Source of the DNA: a bacterium
GTDB lineage: Bacteria; Eisenbacteria; RBG-16-71-46
DNA: 21,386 bases
Direction of reading: 5' to 3'
Assembly (NCBI GenBank): GCA_043779265.1
Contig: JAYWEM010000098.1
Span: forward strand, 1-21,386
Shown here piece by piece: positions 1-10,334 of this stretch (the stretch's first letter is position 1; each line of letters opens with the position of its first letter). The translations under genes were made by a program, and so were the position numbers. The notes under the pieces were generated by a model that saw nothing but the letters and a program-made list of their open reading frames with translations, did not search any database and was not told where the DNA came from.

Positions 1-285
1 CCGCTTCGCTACGTTGGCCCCGATGGGGAGCCGTCCGATGATTATCCGTACAACCCGAACGCGGCGGAGTCGGCCGCGGCCGCTCTGTGCAATGCGGCGG
101 GGAACGTGCTGGCGATGATGCCGCATCCGGAGCGCGTGATCTATGCCGGGGCGATGGCGCGCGACATCGGGGATCCGTGGGCGCGCGTCCAAGATGAGGC
201 GCACGCGCACGCTTTCGGTGCTCTCGCCGACGCGCCGGCCATGGCGCTCTTCCGCGGCCTCGCGTCGCACTTTCAGGAGGCGTGA
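1..285 (+). CDS. purQ: Phosphoribosylformylglycinamidine synthase glutaminase subunit PurQ (or PurQ domain), 3' partial
   Basis: Not in the ORF track. Frame 1 translated by hand gives PLRYVGPDGEPSDDYPYNPNGAESAAAALCNAAGNVLAMMPHPER...LFRGLASHFQEA* with stop TGA at 283-285. It contains the NPNG and GNVLxMMPHPER motifs (catalytic His-x-Glu) and lies upstream of purF. Confidence 0.9.
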   Translation, partial: PLRYVGPDGEPSDDYPYNPNAAESAAAALCNAAGNVLAMMPHPERVIYAGAMARDIGDPWARVQDEAHAHAFGALADAPAMALFRGLASHFQEA

Positions 286-869
286 TGGCGGCCTCGATCA
301 AGCCCGTGGCGCAGGCGTTCATCGCGCTGCGCGCCCATGACCCGGAGGCGGTCTCGGCCATCCACGCAGCCCAGCGCCACCTGCCCGAGGGTGCGGGGCT
401 GACGCGGCTTCGCCGCTGGCGGCTCGTCGAACTCCGCGGTGCGCTTCCGGAGCGTGCCGAGGTCGAGGACCTGCTCCACCGCTCGACGCAGTTCTACAAT
501 CCGAGCAAGGAGAAGTGCACCGTCCGTCGGCACGAGGAGGACGCGGTCCCGGTCGTACCGGATGAACAGGTGCTGCTGGTGACGGAGCGAGGCGGTGAAC
601 GACGCCCGTCCGCCGAGCGCTGGTGGCGACACGAGACCGGGGAGCGCGTCGAGGTACGTGAGGGATTGGTCTGGGGGCTCACGTTCGCCGACGGCACCGA
701 TGCCGCCCGCGCCGCCGAGTCGCTGGCGCTGGCGACGTCGCGTGACTGCGGGTTGTTCGCCAACCCCCACGCGCAGAGCTGCAAACTCACCGAAGGTGCT
801 CCGCCGCTGGGTTGGTTGGCGGGTCGCACCGGCGTGCTGCGACCGCGCAGGAAGGGGCGAGTGCGATGA
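285..869 (+). CDS. purS: PurS-like protein with two tandem PurS-type domains (194 aa)
   Basis: Lies between purQ and purF, with GGAGG at 276-280 and a TGATG overlap (GTG at 282 is an alternative start). The first half has ALRAHDPEA...RLRRWRLVEL...FYNPSKE and the second half has VREGLVWGL...LFANPHAQ, echoing PurS motifs (DP, VRxGK, LLANP). Confidence 0.6.
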   Translation: MAASIKPVAQAFIALRAHDPEAVSAIHAAQRHLPEGAGLTRLRRWRLVELRGALPERAEVEDLLHRSTQFYNPSKEKCTVRRHEEDAVPVVPDEQVLLVTERGGERRPSAERWWRHETGERVEVREGLVWGLTFADGTDAARAAESLALATSRDCGLFANPHAQSCKLTEGAPPLGWLAGRTGVLRPRRKGRVR

Positions 870-2305
870 ACGGCGATTGGCTCCGACTCAAGGGATTCAA
901 TGAGGAGTGCGGCGTGTTCGCGGCGGTCGGCGTGCCGCACGCGGCCGAGGTCGTGGCGCTCGGACTGCATGCCCTGCAGCATCGCGGGCAGGAGGCGACC
1001 GGAGTCGTGGCGCTGGGGGAGGATGGCCGATTCGCCGTGGTCAAGGGCATCGGACTCGTCTCGGACGTCTATCGCGGCGGACGGCTCGATGCGATCGGCG
1101 GCACCATGGCCATCGGTCACAATCGCTACTCGACCGCCGGCGGCCTGACGCTCGAGAACACGCAACCGCTGCGCGTCGTCTACCGAGGCGGCGAACTCGC
1201 GCTCGCCCACAACGGCAACCTGACGAACGCGCGTGAAGTGCGGCAGGGGCTCGAGGGCTCCGGCTCGATCTTCCAGACGACGCTGGATACCGAGGTGTTC
1301 CTCCATCTCATCGCGCTCGCATCGGCCGAGAACGTCGAGGAGGCCCTCGTCGAGGCGGCGCAGCAGGTCCAGGGTGCCTACTCCCTCGTGCTGCTGACCC
1401 CGGAGCGCGTCGTGGCGCTGCGTGACCCGCACGGCTTCCGTCCCCTGTGCATCGGCAGGCTGGGCGATGGTTATGTCGTCTCGAGCGAGACGTGTGCGCT
1501 CGATCTGGTCGGCGCGGAACTGCTGCGCGAGGTCGCACCCGGCGAACTGCTCGTGCTCGACGCCAAGGGTCTCCGTTCGCGTCAGGCGCTTCCCGCGGCG
1601 CAACCGGCGCAGCACTGCATCTTCGAGCACATCTACTTCTCCCGGCCCGACAGCGTGGTCTTCGGCGAGACCGTCGATCGCGTGCGCCGCCGGCTGGGAC
1701 ACGCTCTCGCGAAGGAGCACCCGGTCGAGGCGGATGTGGTGATCTCGGTCCCCGACTCCAGCAACTCGATCGCGCTCGGATACTCGGAGGCGAGCGGACT
1801 CCCCTACGAACTGGGTCTCATCCGGAATCACTATGTCGGGCGCACATTCATCCAGCCGCAGCAGAAGGGCCGTGACTTCGGCGTCCGGGTGAAGTTCAAC
1901 CCGGTGCGCGAGATCCTCGAGGGGCGGCGCATCGTCGTCGTGGACGACTCGATCGTGCGTGGGACCACCAGCCGCAAGCTGGTGCGCCTGCTGCGCGGAG
2001 CCGGCGCGCGCGAGGTGCACTTCCGTGTCGGATCGCCGCCGGTCACGCATCCGTGCTTCTACGGCATCGACACGCCGAGTCGGGGCGAGTTGATCGGCGC
2101 GACGAGGACGGTGGAGGAGATCCGGCAGTACCTGAGTGTCGACACGCTGGGCTACATCTCGCTCGACGGGCTGCTCAGCGCCGAGCGCGATCCGCGATCG
2201 TACTGTCGCTCGTGCTTCACCGGTCGCTATCCGGTGGCGGTGGATCCAGGGGCACGCAAACTCTCGATCGAGGAGCAGCGCCGCACCACTGGCGCCGGCC
2301 GCTGA
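866..2305 (+). CDS. purF: Amidophosphoribosyltransferase (propeptide and Fe-S type), 479 aa
   Basis: ATGA overlap at 866-869. Motifs: EECGVF nucleophile after a short propeptide, LQHRGQE, GHNRYST, HNGNL, PRPP motif VVVDDSIVRGTTS, and Fe-S-type Cys in CIFE, CFYGID and CRSCF. Confidence 0.97.
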   Translation: MNGDWLRLKGFNEECGVFAAVGVPHAAEVVALGLHALQHRGQEATGVVALGEDGRFAVVKGIGLVSDVYRGGRLDAIGGTMAIGHNRYSTAGGLTLENTQPLRVVYRGGELALAHNGNLTNAREVRQGLEGSGSIFQTTLDTEVFLHLIALASAENVEEALVEAAQQVQGAYSLVLLTPERVVALRDPHGFRPLCIGRLGDGYVVSSETCALDLVGAELLREVAPGELLVLDAKGLRSRQALPAAQPAQHCIFEHIYFSRPDSVVFGETVDRVRRRLGHALAKEHPVEADVVISVPDSSNSIALGYSEASGLPYELGLIRNHYVGRTFIQPQQKGRDFGVRVKFNPVREILEGRRIVVVDDSIVRGTTSRKLVRLLRGAGAREVHFRVGSPPVTHPCFYGIDTPSRGELIGATRTVEEIRQYLSVDTLGYISLDGLLSAERDPRSYCRSCFTGRYPVAVDPGARKLSIEEQRRTTGAGR

Positions 2306-2319
2306 GGCCGGGCGCGCGC

Positions 2320-2348
2320 TTGCCCGCGTCGGCGTGGCTCCCTACAGT
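2320..2348 (+). promoter_or_regulatory. Putative sigma70-type promoter for the lysS-lol-mcs-clpC unit
   Basis: TTGCCC (2320-2325), 17 nt spacer, TACAGT (2343-2348), in the only intergenic gap between purF and lysS. Confidence 0.5.
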
Positions 2349-2402
2349 CGCGCCCTGACTCCCGTCGCGGTGGTCGCGGGGGAGAGCCCGGATTGGGGAC
2401 GC

Positions 2403-3926
2403 ATGTCGCTTGCTCACCTGATGAACCAGCGCCGAGCCAAGATCGAGAAGTGGCGCGCGATCGGATGTGAGCCGTACGCCTACCGATTCGAGGTCACGCA
2501 TCACGCCACCGAGTTGATGGCCCGGGGCGACGCGGTGACCGCCGAGTTCGGCGAGCGCGTCCGTATCGCGGGCCGCGTCATGACGTTGCGGGGCCACGGC
2601 AAAGCCGGGTTCGCCCATGTGCTCGATTCGACCGGACGCATCCAGATCTATTTCAAGTCGGATGTGATGGGCGAGGGATTCCGCCGCTACGAACTGCTCG
2701 ACGTCGGCGACTGGGTGGGCATCGAAGGGCCGCTGTTCCGCACGCGCACGGGTGAGATCACCGTGCGAGCCGATCAGGTCGAGTTGCTGGCGAAGGGCAT
2801 CCGCCCGCTTCCCGAGAAGTGGCACGGACTCACCGACCCCGAGACCCGCTTCCGCCAGCGCTACGCCGATCTCTTCGTCAATCTCGATGTGCGCGAGATC
2901 TTCCGGCGCCGGGCCCGGATCGTCTCCGACATCCGGCGATTCCTCGACGGCCATGGCTACCTCGAGGTCGAGACCCCCGTGCTCCAGCCGCTCTACGGTG
3001 GCGCCTTCGCGAGGCCCTTCATCACCAAGCACAACGCCCTCGACATCGACCTCTACCTGCGGATCTCGAATGAGCTCTACCTCAAGCGCCTGATCGTCGG
3101 AGGGCTCGACCGCGTCTACGAGTTCTCGCGCGACTTCCGCAATGAGGGCATGGACCGCTCGCACAACCCCGAGTTCACGCTGCTCGAGTACTACCAGGCG
3201 TTCGCCGACGTACAGGACATGATGACGCTCACCGAGCAGTTGGTGACCGGCGCCCTGATGGCCAGCCTCGGCACGCTCCAGGTCGAGTATCAGGGACGGA
3301 CGTTGGACTTCTCGTTGCCGTGGACGCGCGTCTCGATGCTCGATGCCGTGAGCGAGAAGGTGGGCGAATCGGTACACGCGCTCGATGAGGCGCAGTTGGC
3401 GAGGCTGTGCAAGGCGCGTGGCATCCACGCACGGCCGGGTTCCGGTGCGGGTGGGCTCCTCGATGAACTGTTCTCCGACCTGGTGCAGCCCGAGCTTCAG
3501 GATGCGACGTTCCTCGTGGACTTCCCGGTCGCGACTTCGCCCTTGGCGCGGGTCAGCCGCACGAATCCGCTCGTCGTCGAACGATTCGAGTTGTTCGCGG
3601 CCGGAATGGAGCTGGCGAACGCCTTCAGCGAGCAGAACGACCCCGATGCGCAACGGGCCGCCTTCGAGTCGCAGATGACCGCGCGTGCCGGCGGCGACGA
3701 GGAGGCTCAGCCGCTCGACGAAGACTATCTGCGATCGCTCGAGTACGGCATGCCCCCGACAGGCGGCGTCGGTATCGGCATCGATCGCCTCGTGATGTTG
3801 GCGACCGGAGCACGCTCCATCCGCGATGTCATCCTCTTCCCGCAGCTCCGCCCCGAGGAGGGTCGTCCGGCTGCCGACGACATGGCCGAGCCGGAGATCG
3901 CGGCGGAGGGGGCCGAGCAGCAGTGA
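2403..3926 (+). CDS. lysS: Lysine--tRNA ligase, class II (507 aa)
   Basis: OB-fold N-terminus (IAGRVMTLRGHGKAGF), RPLPEKWHGL, EVETP, motif 2 FRNEG and motif 3 GMPPTGGVGIGIDRL. ATG 2403 follows GGGGAC; the ORF-track extension to 2136 overlaps purF. Confidence 0.98.
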   Translation: MSLAHLMNQRRAKIEKWRAIGCEPYAYRFEVTHHATELMARGDAVTAEFGERVRIAGRVMTLRGHGKAGFAHVLDSTGRIQIYFKSDVMGEGFRRYELLDVGDWVGIEGPLFRTRTGEITVRADQVELLAKGIRPLPEKWHGLTDPETRFRQRYADLFVNLDVREIFRRRARIVSDIRRFLDGHGYLEVETPVLQPLYGGAFARPFITKHNALDIDLYLRISNELYLKRLIVGGLDRVYEFSRDFRNEGMDRSHNPEFTLLEYYQAFADVQDMMTLTEQLVTGALMASLGTLQVEYQGRTLDFSLPWTRVSMLDAVSEKVGESVHALDEAQLARLCKARGIHARPGSGAGGLLDELFSDLVQPELQDATFLVDFPVATSPLARVSRTNPLVVERFELFAAGMELANAFSEQNDPDAQRAAFESQMTARAGGDEEAQPLDEDYLRSLEYGMPPTGGVGIGIDRLVMLATGARSIRDVILFPQLRPEEGRPAADDMAEPEIAAEGAEQQ

Positions 3927-5161
3927 ACCTCCCGCTCTGGATCGCGACGCGTTATGTCCAGCGTCGGCCACGGAGTGGATTCCTCACGCTGCTCACCAGT
4001 ATCTCGGTGCTCGGCGTCGCGCTCGGCGTCTGCGCGCTGCTCACGGTCATGAGCGTGATGAACGGTTTCGAAGGTGAGATCCAATCGCGCATCGTCGGGA
4101 CCGACGCCCACGTCACCTTGCTCGGGCAGGAGACGGGCGGCATCGCCGATGGCAAAGCACTGGCCGAGTTGCTCGCCGCGCAGCCCGGTGTCGCCGGGGC
4201 CGCGCCGTTCGTCTACGCCAAAGCCATGGTCTTCCACGAGGGCCTGAGCGAGGGCGTCGTGCTCAAGGGCATTTCGCCCCTCGATCAGCGCGCGGTGACG
4301 TCGATCGGGAAGTCGATCACGCCGGCCCTGGATTCGATCCCCACGCTCACGCTCTCGGGCGAGCCGGGGCTCGTGCTGGGCTCGGAACTCACGGCGCAGC
4401 TCGGGGCGCGGGTCGGCGATCAGGTGCTGCTCGCCACGCTGCAGCCCGATGGCAACTCGGCTTTCGGCTACGCTCCGCGCCTGCGGCCGTTCCGCTTGGT
4501 CGGGGTGTTCACCTCGGGGCTCTACACGTACGACTCGAGTGTCGGCTTCATGTCGATTCCCGCTGCTCAGGCGCTCTTCGATCTGGGCGAGTCCGTCACC
4601 GGCGTCGAGATCCGGCTGACCGAGATGTTCGATGCCCCTGCCGCTTCGCGACGACTGCTGGAAGCGTCTGGCCGAGATGATCTGCGGGCGAACGACTGGA
4701 TCCAACTCAATCGCAACCTCTTCACCTGGATGAAGCTCGAGAAGGCCGTGATGGGTGTGATCCTCGGACTCATCGTGCTGGTCGCCGCGTTCAACATCGT
4801 CAGCACGTTGTTCATGGTGGTGCAGGAGAAGCGTCGCGACATCGGCGTGCTCAAGACGCTCGGCGCCCCTCCTCGGATGGTGGCGCAGATCTTCCTGATC
4901 GAGGGCCTCATCATCGGGGGAACGGGCGTTGTTCTCGGCCTTGTGCTGGGCGGCGGACTCATCGCCATCCTGCAGCGCTACCCGTTCATCCAGCTCCCGG
5001 GGGACGTGTATTTCCTCGAGACCCTGCCGGTGCGGCCCGAGCTCGGCGACTTCGTACTGGTGGCCACGGTGGCCCTCATCCTCTGCCTGCTCGCCGCGTG
5101 GTACCCGGCGTGGCGGGCCTCTCGCCTCGATCCGATTGCGGCCATTCGAGGGCCCGCATGA
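3923..5161 (+). CDS. lolE: Lipoprotein-releasing ABC transporter permease, LolC/E/F family
   Basis: GTGA overlap with the lysS stop. Motifs: SISVLGVALGVCALLTVMSVMNGF, a large periplasmic domain, IVLVAAFNIVSTL, IGVLKTLGA and YPAWRASRLDP. Followed directly by lolD. Confidence 0.9.
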   Translation: MNLPLWIATRYVQRRPRSGFLTLLTSISVLGVALGVCALLTVMSVMNGFEGEIQSRIVGTDAHVTLLGQETGGIADGKALAELLAAQPGVAGAAPFVYAKAMVFHEGLSEGVVLKGISPLDQRAVTSIGKSITPALDSIPTLTLSGEPGLVLGSELTAQLGARVGDQVLLATLQPDGNSAFGYAPRLRPFRLVGVFTSGLYTYDSSVGFMSIPAAQALFDLGESVTGVEIRLTEMFDAPAASRRLLEASGRDDLRANDWIQLNRNLFTWMKLEKAVMGVILGLIVLVAAFNIVSTLFMVVQEKRRDIGVLKTLGAPPRMVAQIFLIEGLIIGGTGVVLGLVLGGGLIAILQRYPFIQLPGDVYFLETLPVRPELGDFVLVATVALILCLLAAWYPAWRASRLDPIAAIRGPA

Positions 5162-5895
5162 GTGAGTCCTTGAGGTCCGACTCTGAAGCCCATGGGGCGA
5201 TGGAAGATAGGAGCGCGATCGCGCTTCGGGCGCTCGGGCTGTGCAAGGGTTACGAGGCGCCCGGTGGCCGACTCGAGGTGCTTCTGGGCGTCGACCTGAC
5301 GGTTCGACGTGGCACACTCGTGGCCATCGTCGGAGTCTCGGGTTCCGGCAAGAGCACGTTGCTGAATCTTCTCGGGACGCTCGATCGGCCTGATGCCGGG
5401 ACACTGGAGATAAGCGGACTTCAGGCCGAGAACCTCGGAGAGGAAGCGCGTGCCCGGCTGCGGGCCGAGCGCCTGGGCTTCATCTTCCAGTTCCACCACC
5501 TGCTTCCCGAGTTCACCGCCGAGGAGAACGTCATGATGCCGTTGCTGATCGCGGGTCGATCGCTGGCGGAGGCTCGTGGTGAGGCGCTCTCCGCTCTGGC
5601 GGCCGTTCGGCTGGTCGACCGCTCGCAGCATCGGCCCGACGCCCTCTCGGGCGGTGAGGCGCAGCGCGTCGCCGTGGCGCGCGCGATCGTGTCGAGGCCC
5701 GCGTTGGTTCTCGCCGACGAGCCGTCCGGCAATCTCGACGCCGCGCATGCACGCGGACTTCACGAACTCCTGTCGTCGATGGCGCATGAGCGGCATCAGA
5801 CTGTGGTGTCCGTCACGCACGATGCTAGGCTGGCCGAGAGCGCTGATGAAGTGTGGCGACTCGAGAACGGTCGGCTCGTGCCCGGACGGGAGTGA
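5158..5895 (+). CDS. lolD: Lipoprotein-releasing ABC transporter ATPase LolD
   Basis: ATGA overlap at 5158-5161 (ATG 5200 is an alternative start). Walker A GVSGSGKST, GFIFQFHHLLPEFTAEENV, signature LSGGEAQRV, Walker B VLADEP and VTHD. Confidence 0.9.
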   Translation: MSESLRSDSEAHGAMEDRSAIALRALGLCKGYEAPGGRLEVLLGVDLTVRRGTLVAIVGVSGSGKSTLLNLLGTLDRPDAGTLEISGLQAENLGEEARARLRAERLGFIFQFHHLLPEFTAEENVMMPLLIAGRSLAEARGEALSALAAVRLVDRSQHRPDALSGGEAQRVAVARAIVSRPALVLADEPSGNLDAAHARGLHELLSSMAHERHQTVVSVTHDARLAESADEVWRLENGRLVPGRE

Positions 5896-5902
5896 GGGGC
5901 CC

Positions 5903-6436
5903 ATGCTCTGCCAGATCTGCGGAAAGCACCCAGCCAGCGTCCACTTCACGGAGATCCACGACAATCAGATGTCGGAGATCCACGTGTGTGAGCGGTGTGC
6001 CCGCGAGAAGGGCATGCAGCCGAAACCGAAGGACCCCAAGTTCGAGATCGCCGATCTCCTCGCCGGCATGGTGGACAGCATGACGACGCAGGAGGAGGAG
6101 CGCGTCGGCCATGTCGAATGCAAGCGTTGCGGCCTCGTCTACTCGTCCTTCAAGGAGACCGGTCGACTCGGTTGTTCTGAATGCTACGTCGCGTTCCAGT
6201 CCCAGTTGCGCCCGCTGCTCCGCCGCATCCACGGCGACACGCGCCATCGCGGCAAGCAGCCGACGCACGGCAAAGCCGAGGATTCACGCACTCGGCAGCT
6301 CCAGCGCTTGCACGATGAACTCCGGCGCGCGGTCGAGCGCGAGGACTTCGAGCAGGCGGCCCAGCTGCGCGACGACATCAAACGTCTGGAGGCCGCGCCT
6401 CGCGACGAGGCGCAGGCGGGTGGGGGGGCGCGATGA
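5903..6436 (+). CDS. mcsA: McsA, activator of protein-arginine kinase (4 CxxC plus UVR domain), 177 aa
   Basis: Starts MLCQIC. Contains CQIC, CERC, CKRC and GRLGCSECY, HGDTRHRGKQP, and a C-terminal UVR motif AVEREDFEQAAQLRDDIK. Directly upstream of mcsB. Confidence 0.93.
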   Translation: MLCQICGKHPASVHFTEIHDNQMSEIHVCERCAREKGMQPKPKDPKFEIADLLAGMVDSMTTQEEERVGHVECKRCGLVYSSFKETGRLGCSECYVAFQSQLRPLLRRIHGDTRHRGKQPTHGKAEDSRTRQLQRLHDELRRAVEREDFEQAAQLRDDIKRLEAAPRDEAQAGGGAR

Positions 6437-7524
6437 GTGAGTCGCACGGATTCGACGCGCTGTTCGAACGTTCGAGCCCCTGGCTCGACGGCACGGGCCC
6501 GCATGCCGAGATGGTGCTCTCGACGCGCATCCGCCTCGCACGCAACTTGAACGATGTGCCCTTCACGCATCGGGCGCGCGATGAGCAACTGCAGGGCGTG
6601 CTCGCGAGCGTCGCCGCCGCGGCTCGTGAATCGCGGGCCTATGCCGACGGCGTGCTTCTGAAGATGCACGAGTGCTCGCCCCAGGAGCGGCAGGTGCTCG
6701 TCGAGCGGCATCTGGTCAGCCACGAACTCGGCGATGGGGCGCGGCCGCGCGGCATCCTCGTGGCGGGCGACGACCGGCTGTCGCTGATGATCAACGAGGA
6801 GGATCACATCCGCCTTCAGGCGCTGACGCCGGGGTTCCAGATGGCGGAGGCCTGGGGGCTCGCGGATTCCGCGGATGATGACCTGGATCAGGCGCTCGAC
6901 TACGCATGGTCCGATGAGATCGGCTACCTCACCGCCTGCCCGACCAATGCGGGCACCGGGTTGCGGGCTTCCGTCCTCATCCATCTGCCGGCGCTCGTGA
7001 TCCTCGAGGAGATCCAACGCGTCCTCAAGAGCGTCACTCAGGTGGGCCTCAATGTGCGCGGCCTCTACGGAGAGCACAGTGAGATCATGGGGAATCTGTT
7101 CCAGATCTCGAATCAGACCACGTTGGGCCGCAGCGAACTGGACTCGATCGAGAGCCTCGAGCGCGTGACCCGGCAGATCATCGAGACCGAGGAACGGGCG
7201 CGCGAGCGCATGCTGCGCGACGCGAGAACGCAGATCGAGGACAAGGTGTGGCGCGCCTACGGCACGCTGCGCTACTGCCGCTCGGTGCAGGCCAAGGAGG
7301 TCATCAACCTCTGCTCGGCCGTGCGCCTCGGTGTGGCGATGGGACTCGACGGGCTCTGCCCGTTGCGCACGTTGAATGAACTGCTCGTGCTGACCCAGCC
7401 CGGGCATCTGCAGAGGATCGAGGGGCGCGAACTCGCCCCAGCGGAACGGAATGTCACACGCGCACGTCTGGTCCGCGAGCGGCTCTCGGCTGCGGGTGGA
7501 CCAGGAGAAGCGTCGGCCCGATAG
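6433..7524 (+). CDS. mcsB: Protein-arginine kinase McsB
   Basis: STRIRLARNL, LVERHLVS, NEEDH, GYLTACPTNAGTGLRAS, VRGLYGE and FQISNQTTLG, plus the C-terminal dimerisation domain. Lies between mcsA and clpC. Confidence 0.96.
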   Translation: MSESHGFDALFERSSPWLDGTGPHAEMVLSTRIRLARNLNDVPFTHRARDEQLQGVLASVAAAARESRAYADGVLLKMHECSPQERQVLVERHLVSHELGDGARPRGILVAGDDRLSLMINEEDHIRLQALTPGFQMAEAWGLADSADDDLDQALDYAWSDEIGYLTACPTNAGTGLRASVLIHLPALVILEEIQRVLKSVTQVGLNVRGLYGEHSEIMGNLFQISNQTTLGRSELDSIESLERVTRQIIETEERARERMLRDARTQIEDKVWRAYGTLRYCRSVQAKEVINLCSAVRLGVAMGLDGLCPLRTLNELLVLTQPGHLQRIEGRELAPAERNVTRARLVRERLSAAGGPGEASAR

Positions 7525-7573
7525 GGAAGGAGGAGGGACCGATCGTCGTATGAGATCGGCCCCGGAGGAAACC

Positions 7574-10051
<2,478 letters not shown>

Positions 10052-10072
10052 AGTCGCTGAACGCATCCTCAC

Positions 10073-10110
10073 GACCTCGCCGGGGGCCCATCGGGGCTCC
10101 CGGCGAGGTC
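10073..10110 (+). terminator. Strong hairpin downstream of clpC (terminator or 3' stabiliser)
   Basis: GACCTCGCCGGGGGCCC-ATCG-GGGCTCCCGGCGAGGTC forms a 17-bp stem (one G.U pair) 21 nt after the clpC stop. The tail is weak (ATTCCC). Confidence 0.6.
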
Positions 10111-10197
10111 ATTCCCGGCGGGCCCCAAGCGGCGGAACAGACCATGCTGCAGCGGGGTAGGAGTGTCCGCTCCCCAAGCAGACGAGGCCGCTCCGGC

Positions 10198-10225
10198 TGG
10201 ACAAGCCGCGCGCGGTGGCTATCAT
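10198..10225 (+). promoter_or_regulatory. Putative sigma70-type promoter for the bamA-skp-lpx unit
   Basis: TGGACA (10198-10203), 16 nt spacer, TATCAT (10220-10225). It lies downstream of the clpC hairpin and about 110 nt upstream of the bamA start. Confidence 0.45.
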
Positions 10226-10334
10226 CCGCCGACTCCCCGGACCAGCGGCCAGAACTCTGGCCTGCGCGCGCATGGACGCGCTGCTGCGGGCGTGGCGACG
10301 CGGCCCATCGAGTGGCCCAACATCGGGAGAACGA

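Noticed and set aside
812..865. Upstream extensions in the ORF track: purF from 812, and similarly lysS 2136, lolD 5098, mcsA 5576, clpC 7451, bamA 10215 and DUF374 18292
   Set aside because: The extensions overlap upstream genes or candidate promoters and lack family-like sequence. The downstream starts have an SD or an NTGA coupling.
10134..10165. GGAAC as an ECF/sigmaE -35 element upstream of bamA
   Set aside because: No convincing matching -10 element at the right spacing.
10206..10272. Palindromes CCGCGCGCGG (10206-10215) and TGCGCGCGCA (10263-10272)
   Set aside because: Alternating CG runs are frequent by chance at this GC content.
10052..10334. Possible small ORF, ncRNA or riboswitch in the clpC-bamA gap
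   Set aside because: No recognisable RNA family consensus. A hairpin, a promoter and a leader account for the space. An Rfam search would be needed to exclude it fully.
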